Origin: Octopus vulgaris
Lineage: Eukaryota
Length of the DNA stretch: 64,000 nt
Assembly (NCBI GenBank): GCA_951406725.2
Contig: OX597824.1
Coordinates: 63,736,001-63,800,000, forward strand
Reading direction: 5' to 3'
Of this stretch, positions 57,583-64,000 are shown piece after piece. Under the pieces are notes generated by a model, which saw only the letters and a list, made by a program, of their open reading frames with translations, was not told the origin of the DNA and searched no databases. The first letter of the stretch is position 1. The number at the start of each line of letters is the position of its first letter. The translations under genes were made by a program, and so were the position numbers.

Positions 57583-57784
57583 GAAAAAAAACGAAACTCG
57601 TCAATACGACATTTTAGCAAAAAATGATGGATTTGTATAGTGATAGACAGAACGCTATTAATATTGTTTAAAAAAACGTTATATGATATAACGTCATAAG
57701 TAGCTAACAGAAAGAGTAGGGATATTAATAGTGAATGTTAAATATAAAGGAAATTAAAGTTTAAATTATATATAATGATAGAGA

Positions 57785-58324
57785 CTACTTATATGCACTA
57801 AATGTATGTTTCTGCCAATGCTTACATCTGTATGCTCGTTCTATAACGGTGTTTACTAGAGTATTTTTAGAAAAAATAATGAAAAATAGCTCAGAATTGC
57901 AGAGAAGACAGAATTTCTTGCCTTTGTCATATGGTATCGAAATTGAGAGGATCAACCATTCTAAATGAAATTGTTCATTGTGGTCTTTTAAATCCCAAAT
58001 CAGTTTGCTGAGACCGGTACTATTCCGTTTATTTCTATCCCTAAATGTTGAGTAATGGATAGAAATTCTTTTAGATAACTCTAACGATGTGCTTCCAATG
58101 TAAAATCGTACTTTATTACGAGTACTGATTATACACTGGTATATAGAATTTTTAATCTTAGAGTTACTTGACATAAATTTAATTCTATTGGAATTGACTT
58201 CAGATACAATAACCTTGTTATTAATATTTCTAGAGGGTTGGATGGTATTAGCTAAATTAATGTTAGTATTAGTAAATGTATTAATATTTAACAGTTTGTT
58301 ATTATGAGAAGATATAATTTGCAA
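57785..58324 (-). pseudogene. GIY-YIG endonuclease C-terminal fragment of a second PLE lineage
   Basis: SIYQC...FYIGST..LSKRISIH, STGLSKLIWDLK, CLLCNSE...LVN....CKH; no RT upstream (truncated at the inversion). Confidence 0.85.
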
Positions 58325-58609
58325 GAGATTTTTCTAGTAAACACGGTTATAGAACGAGCATACAGATGTAAGCATTGGCAGAAGCATACATTTAGTGCAT
58401 ATAAGTAGTCTCTATCATTATATATAATTTAAACTTTAATTTCCTTTATATTTAACATTCACTATTAATATCTCTACTCTTTCTGTTAGCTACTTATGAC
58501 GTTATATCATATAACGTTTTTTTAAACAATATTAATAGCGTTCTGTCTATCGCTATACAAATCCATCATTTTTTGCTAAAATGTCGTATTGACGAGTTTC
58601 GTTTTTTTC

Positions 58610-58695
58610 ACTTTCCCGAAGAGAAGATTGCATTGTTTATACCATTTATTCTTTTGAATAGTATCAGTGGAATTTTCGAAACATGTGTCGAAAGT
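58610..58695 (+). ncRNA. Type-I hammerhead ribozyme with extended stem II
   Basis: ACUUUC CCGAAGA GAAGAUU...AAUUUUC GAAA CAUGUG UC GAAAGU: 6-bp stem I, 7-bp stem II base, self-complementary ACAUGUGU, GUC triplet. Confidence 0.85.
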
Positions 58696-58884
58696 AAAAA
58701 TACTTGTTTAAACCTGCGTTAACTCCATTTTTTATTCATATTATTCAAAATATTCAACGTAAACACGAAGTTTCAACCTTTATAAACAAGGAGTTACAAC
58801 ATCTTTACTTGTGAGATTTTTGCTGACCTGGTAACTATTTATTTATTTTTCCGTGTTAATTGTTAACAAGGTAAAAATACACTC

Positions 58885-58951
<67 letters not shown>

Positions 58952-61750
58952 TGAAGCGAACATCGTCCCAGCAGTGACTCATAGAATCCCTAGACGCTCT
59001 TTGTCCTTCTTGAGCTTGTCAATGACAAGTCGTGTAACCTGTAGTCACATGCCTAGTCAAAATTTGTCACATTCTGTATATAAGGAACACAGAATAACTC
59101 ACTAATAATGCAAAAAGCTTGCCGGGCTAAAATAGATTCACAATTACAATTATAATTTTCGTTCTTCTTTGATTCTACAACTCACATCGAAAATTCCAAC
59201 CTTGACTATCCCGTCCTTTTCTTAAACATGGATATACTTGTGTATGCCTCATTATAGTCCATTATAAGAAAAAAAAGCAATGCCATTTCAAGTAATTTTT
59301 CTGCCATTTCTTGGAAGTCAAGTGACTAAGTAAGGGATTCCTCGTTGGTTCGTTTTTATTGATGTTGTTGTTGCCATTGTTGTTGCGGTGTTGATGGTAG
59401 TGGTGATATTGAAGGAGAGCAGATGGGTAGTATAAAGTAACTGAAGAGTATACAATATTTTACTATGTTCAATATTAAAATCCACCTGGGACGGAATTTG
59501 TATTCCGGCTCTGGGTCGATACGATAAATCTTAGCCAAGCATTTGATATCCTTTAAAACAAGTGCAATACAAAGACAAGAATAGATATATGGTTCGAGGA
59601 AAAGTATAAACGTCACAAATGATATTTTAATTTAGGGGTCATATAGTACAGACACTAATTAAACCTACTGCTTCGTCGGACGAAACAAGCCCCATGGAAC
59701 AAAAGCCTAGCTCACGGAAGACTGATACTATAGTGCTCTTTCAATCTATGATTGAATTAATTTAGCTTCACGTAATCTTCTAATTATGTCTGTTAAAGAT
59801 ATAATGAGCGTTAAAAACTTCACGTTGCCGCTCCTCTTGAGATATATGATGTTTGTCTTGTTAGACGAAAACATTTTTGGTTTTTTTTATCCAGTAATCT
59901 ATGGTGAATATCACAGAGAAGAAATAAGCGAAACCTCGTTAAGCTAAGACCAGGATGCAATTTCTATCTCTGATTGGAGCTGCTTTAACTTCCATACCAG
60001 CCTGAAACTTTTAAACATCGTATGAATACTAAAACTTTCTTTATTCCTTCCAAAATGTAGGACATTAACATTGTCTGTGTTAAAGAAGCATGTAGACATC
60101 GCCGTCCAACTCGAAATGGTAATCAAATTCCACTAAATCACAACCTACACTCTCTATAAAGGAAGGCACATTAGCGAATATAATCCCAAATATACAAAAT
60201 AAAGCATAGTCGAAATACATTCGATTATGCGACTGTTACACCAATGCTTATCTATGATCTCATGTCGTAACAAATCTTCCCTTCTTGTATTTACAAACGA
60301 TAAGCATATCGAATTATGATCATTCTAGGTCTTGAAGAAAGTTTCTCGGTCAGAAGAACAGTTCTTACTCCGAAAGTTATCAGTAATTCATACGAATAAG
60401 TGAAGGACTCCTTCCAAGATTCGAGTGTTATATTTATTTGGTGTAATTTTTAACGAAAATCGGCTTTAAAGTTAATTAAAATATCAACGTAAAGTTTTGC
60501 ATTTCTGTGATAGGAAGAAAATACCGTTAAATTATGATGCATTAGAATTGAGATATGTTTTTCCTTTTTCACTATTATTCTTAGTATCAATCAAATTTTA
60601 ATCTTCACGTTGAAATATACAAACGTTCTTGGTAGATGTTCGTGTAAAAAGAAATGGATTGCATGCATATTTAACGAGAAACTATAAATTAGCTTTATAG
60701 CTATCACTTAACGTTTTTGCATATATTTGCATTTTCATTCGCTTAACTGAAATAATTGTCCGGAATGTTTTCCAATTTGTTATGCGTAATTTCAAATTGT
60801 TTGAAACATTTCACTATTGGAAACCTAATTTCGGTATTAAACTGACTAAACCACAAAGAATTTTAGGCCAAACTAACCATTGACAACATATCAATAATTT
60901 GTTTGGTTTTATCCTCGACTCATTTTGTTGCGTAAAATATGGCCGATATTCTATTGGTTGAGTTATATATATTTAGCTATATAAGATACAATTAAATAGG
61001 TTGATAAACAAAACTGTTGTCGTTTTACTGAAATGACAGTAAAAATCCTATAACATTTGACATTGTCTCAACTTATTCTCATTAAGTTCAATAGATAGAG
61101 CAAATAAAAAGAATAATAAAGCAATGAAGATGAACTGTTGTCGTCTGTATAAGTTACGATGAAGGGAGAACTACTAAGTCTCGATTTCAACATATTGGAT
61201 ATCAAATGATCTCCTCATTTAAAGATCAAGCAGAAGTACCTGTTCTACTGTTAATACAGCAATATTCTACTAATATTATAGCAAAGTTGATACGGTGTAT
61301 CAGGATATTATACAAGTACACACATTTCCGTGTTTAGTTTTGTATATATTGCTGTTCTGTGCTACAAACCTCAGTTTTAGCGAAAACAATGATTAGTATT
61401 ACAAATTATTGTCTATTTCGTTTCACGAACTTCACAACCAATAGTTACATGTAGTTGAATGTCAAACATCTTGTGGTTTTATATCATAGTTATTACTCAG
61501 TTACTAACAAATGTCTCTTAGGGAACTATTTCCATCTTTAGTGTATCAAATACTTCACTCGACTTCGTTGGTGTGCATTTGAGATTGTTGGTTTTACCCT
61601 TTTGTTAGACGGTTTTACGTTGTACTCCACATGACAAAGTTCAATCTTCTCTACTACTGTTAACCCTATGTCATGACTTACATACATATATATATATACG
61701 TATACATTCACATACATATATACATACATTCGTACTACGTACGTACATAT

Positions 61751-61984
61751 GTGGCATTCCGTCGGTTACGATGACGTGAGTTGCAGTTGATCCAATCAAC
61801 GGAACATCCTCTTTGTGAAATTAACGTGAAAGAGGCTGAGCACTCTACAGACACGCGTAACCTTAACGTAGTTCTCGCGGGGATTCAGCGTCAGGCAGAT
61901 TATGACAAGGCTGGCCCTTTGAAATACAGATCATTCTCATTCTTGCTAGATGAGTGGACTGGAGTAACATGAAATAAAGTGTCA
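61751..61984 (-). mobile_element. Fragment of a third SINE-like family
   Basis: GC-richer block between microsatellites, ending TGGAGTAACATGAAATAAAGTGTC (reverse complement resembles a CORE-adjacent segment); recognised from recall only. Confidence 0.5.
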
Positions 61985-61986
61985 TT

Positions 61987-62095
<109 letters not shown>

Positions 62096-62874
62096 TCAGG
62101 CCGTTTTAACCCAATGAGGAGATTACATGAAAAGCGAATGCATGATGGAGTAACAAGATGCATGAAAAAAGCTAGTAGTGGTATAGTAATGCAAAATAAG
62201 ATGTGTAAAATTATTTTGAGATAATATTAAGAAAAGTTTTAGATTTTAAGAATGGTAAGAAAGGAACTGAATGAAACGAGGTACATGCGAACTGAACATA
62301 TAGTATAAATATATAGGGGAGTCAATGAAAATAAGTGTTAAGTAAACCATTGGTAAAATAAAGTAAGAATGTCTTATAAGATTAACCGTTTTCTCTCATA
62401 TATTTCTTAAAAACAAATTTTAGCTTATTCTTACAAATTATAAAGAACTTGTCGCATTTGTTAAGGATTGTTTTCCTATCAGCAAAAATAATGTCCATGT
62501 TTAGCCGAGGCAGAGCTCGTAAATACTCTCGTTATTCCTACATGGCTGGGATTTAGCTACAATGAACCATTTAATTTTGTGGCTGATATTCTGGGATTTA
62601 AGTAAACGAATATATTCGGCTCGTGAAGTGTTAGGTTTATGGTTGCTATTTTGGAAGGTGTGTAAGTGAGTTAATATTCAGAGTTTCACCGCATTAGGGG
62701 TGGTTCCGATGTAGAATCTAACGGTAAAACTTCTTGCTAGGCACTGATACACTACGTTAGTTTGGACAGTTTACGATTAATGGATATGTCTTTCCAGGCT
62801 TTGAAATTGCGTCCGCGTTGTGGTGGAGATATAGACTCTGCTACTGCTGATGATTATGGTGATGATAGTAATAT

Positions 62875-63022
62875 GGCTGGCTGGTTGGTTGGTTGGTTCG
62901 TTCGTTCGTTCGTTCGTTGGCTGGTTGGTTGGTTCGTTCGTTCGTTGACTGGTTGGTTGGTTCGTTCATTCGTTGGCTGGCTGGTTGGTTCGTTCGTTCG
63001 TTGGCTGGTTGGTTGGCTGGTA
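62875..63022. repeat. Compound (GGTT/CGTT/GGCT)n microsatellite
   Basis: Tetranucleotide variants in higher-order blocks. Confidence 0.9.
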
Positions 63023-63582
63023 GTTGATTATCTGATTGTCGGTAATTCTTGGTGAAGATGGGCTGATAATATCGACGTTGTTCTTTAACTCAAGTATTTC
63101 TCGGTGATCTGGCGATGATTCGGTCAAAGTTTTGAATAGAGATTTGAGTTTTAGTTTCCTTGCGTTGTCAAACAAGTGGAGGTACAATATTTAGCTTTCT
63201 TAGTTTCAACCTGTTGGGTGTTGTTATTATTGCTTCTATGTTGGGGTTGTAGAATGTAATAAATTCAGTGATTTTCTATTAAATAAGCTGTGAATTTTAT
63301 ATATAATCTATTATAGAAGGCTTTGGAAATAGGAATTCTTATGTTGTCATCTTCCTAAGTAGCCGATTCACTGCTCTAACAATATATTGAATATATTGAA
63401 AGTTTTCCATCAATTTTTTTCATATTTTAAAACGCTTTAACTCAGAAAGGGTTACGTAATGGATGCATTTCCTATTATACATAACGCAAAATGTACGTAT
63501 TAAATGATTTCATAATATCACTCTTTGGTTTGATTTTATTATTACAACTATATATGAAGATAAAGAAATATATATATAAAGA

Positions 63583-64000
63583 CTAGCTATTTTGACCCGT
63601 GCTTCGTTCGGGTTTTGGTGATAGTGCTGTTTTGTGCGAGTTGTCTCTTTTTCCCTTTCTTCTTTTGTTCGTCTTCTTTGCCTGGTTCTTTTTATTGGCC
63701 TCTTCTTTACCCCCTTTCCAAAATCCCCCAATTTTTACACCCACAATTAAAGATAACCGCCTCTAGCTCCTGTAGCAACACGAAGAGCCACGCCATTAAC
63801 CAAACAACGCAACCTGTCTATCCCATAAAACTCAATTTTTCCCCATATTCCTCACCATGGCAACCAAACGGTAGCCCCGAGCGACTTGCAACCCTCCTCA
63901 CACCATTGCCCACCCCATTTTACCCCCCAGTGTAAATTTTGGCGCCAATCCTACCCCATCTACCGCGCGTTAAACCGTTCCCATCCCAAAATGAGACAAA
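63583..64000 (-). mobile_element. Helitron 3' end, probably extending beyond the window
   Basis: Minus ACCCGAACGAAGCACGGGT hairpin followed by CAAAATAGCTAG|T. Confidence 0.65.

Larger units (their letters stand above)
57451..58892. mobile_element. Penelope-like insertion with ~410 bp inverted arms, in a TA microsatellite
   Basis: 57451-57860 is the reverse complement of 58333-58741 with about six visible differences; TA runs on both sides. Confidence 0.92.

Overview
AT-rich eukaryotic non-coding DNA packed with microsatellites ((TA)n, (TAGA)n, (TATG)n, (TG)n, (TAA)n, (GAT)n) and interspersed repeats. The SINE families and repeat landscape resemble a cephalopod (probably Octopus) intron or intergenic region; this is inferred, not shown. 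I find no convincing host exon, and nearly all ORFs in the track are microsatellite artefacts. The real coding remnants are all from transposons: three Penelope-like GIY-YIG fragments, an R4/Dong-type and a HERO-type RLE non-LTR fragment, and two mariner fragments. Non-coding elements include about 25 SINE copies from two main families, several non-autonomous Helitrons, one Helentron/HINE-like element and two MITEs. The most notable signal is a dense set of minimal type-I hammerhead ribozyme (HHR) motifs: about a dozen sites in at least five unrelated sequence families. They have palindromic stem III (dimer type), often a CCGANGA core, and often lie as inverted pairs inside TA microsatellites. 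One ~200 bp non-coding family carries little besides the ribozyme, and one solitary fragment starts exactly at the predicted cleavage site. All structures were read by eye; no folding program or database search was run.
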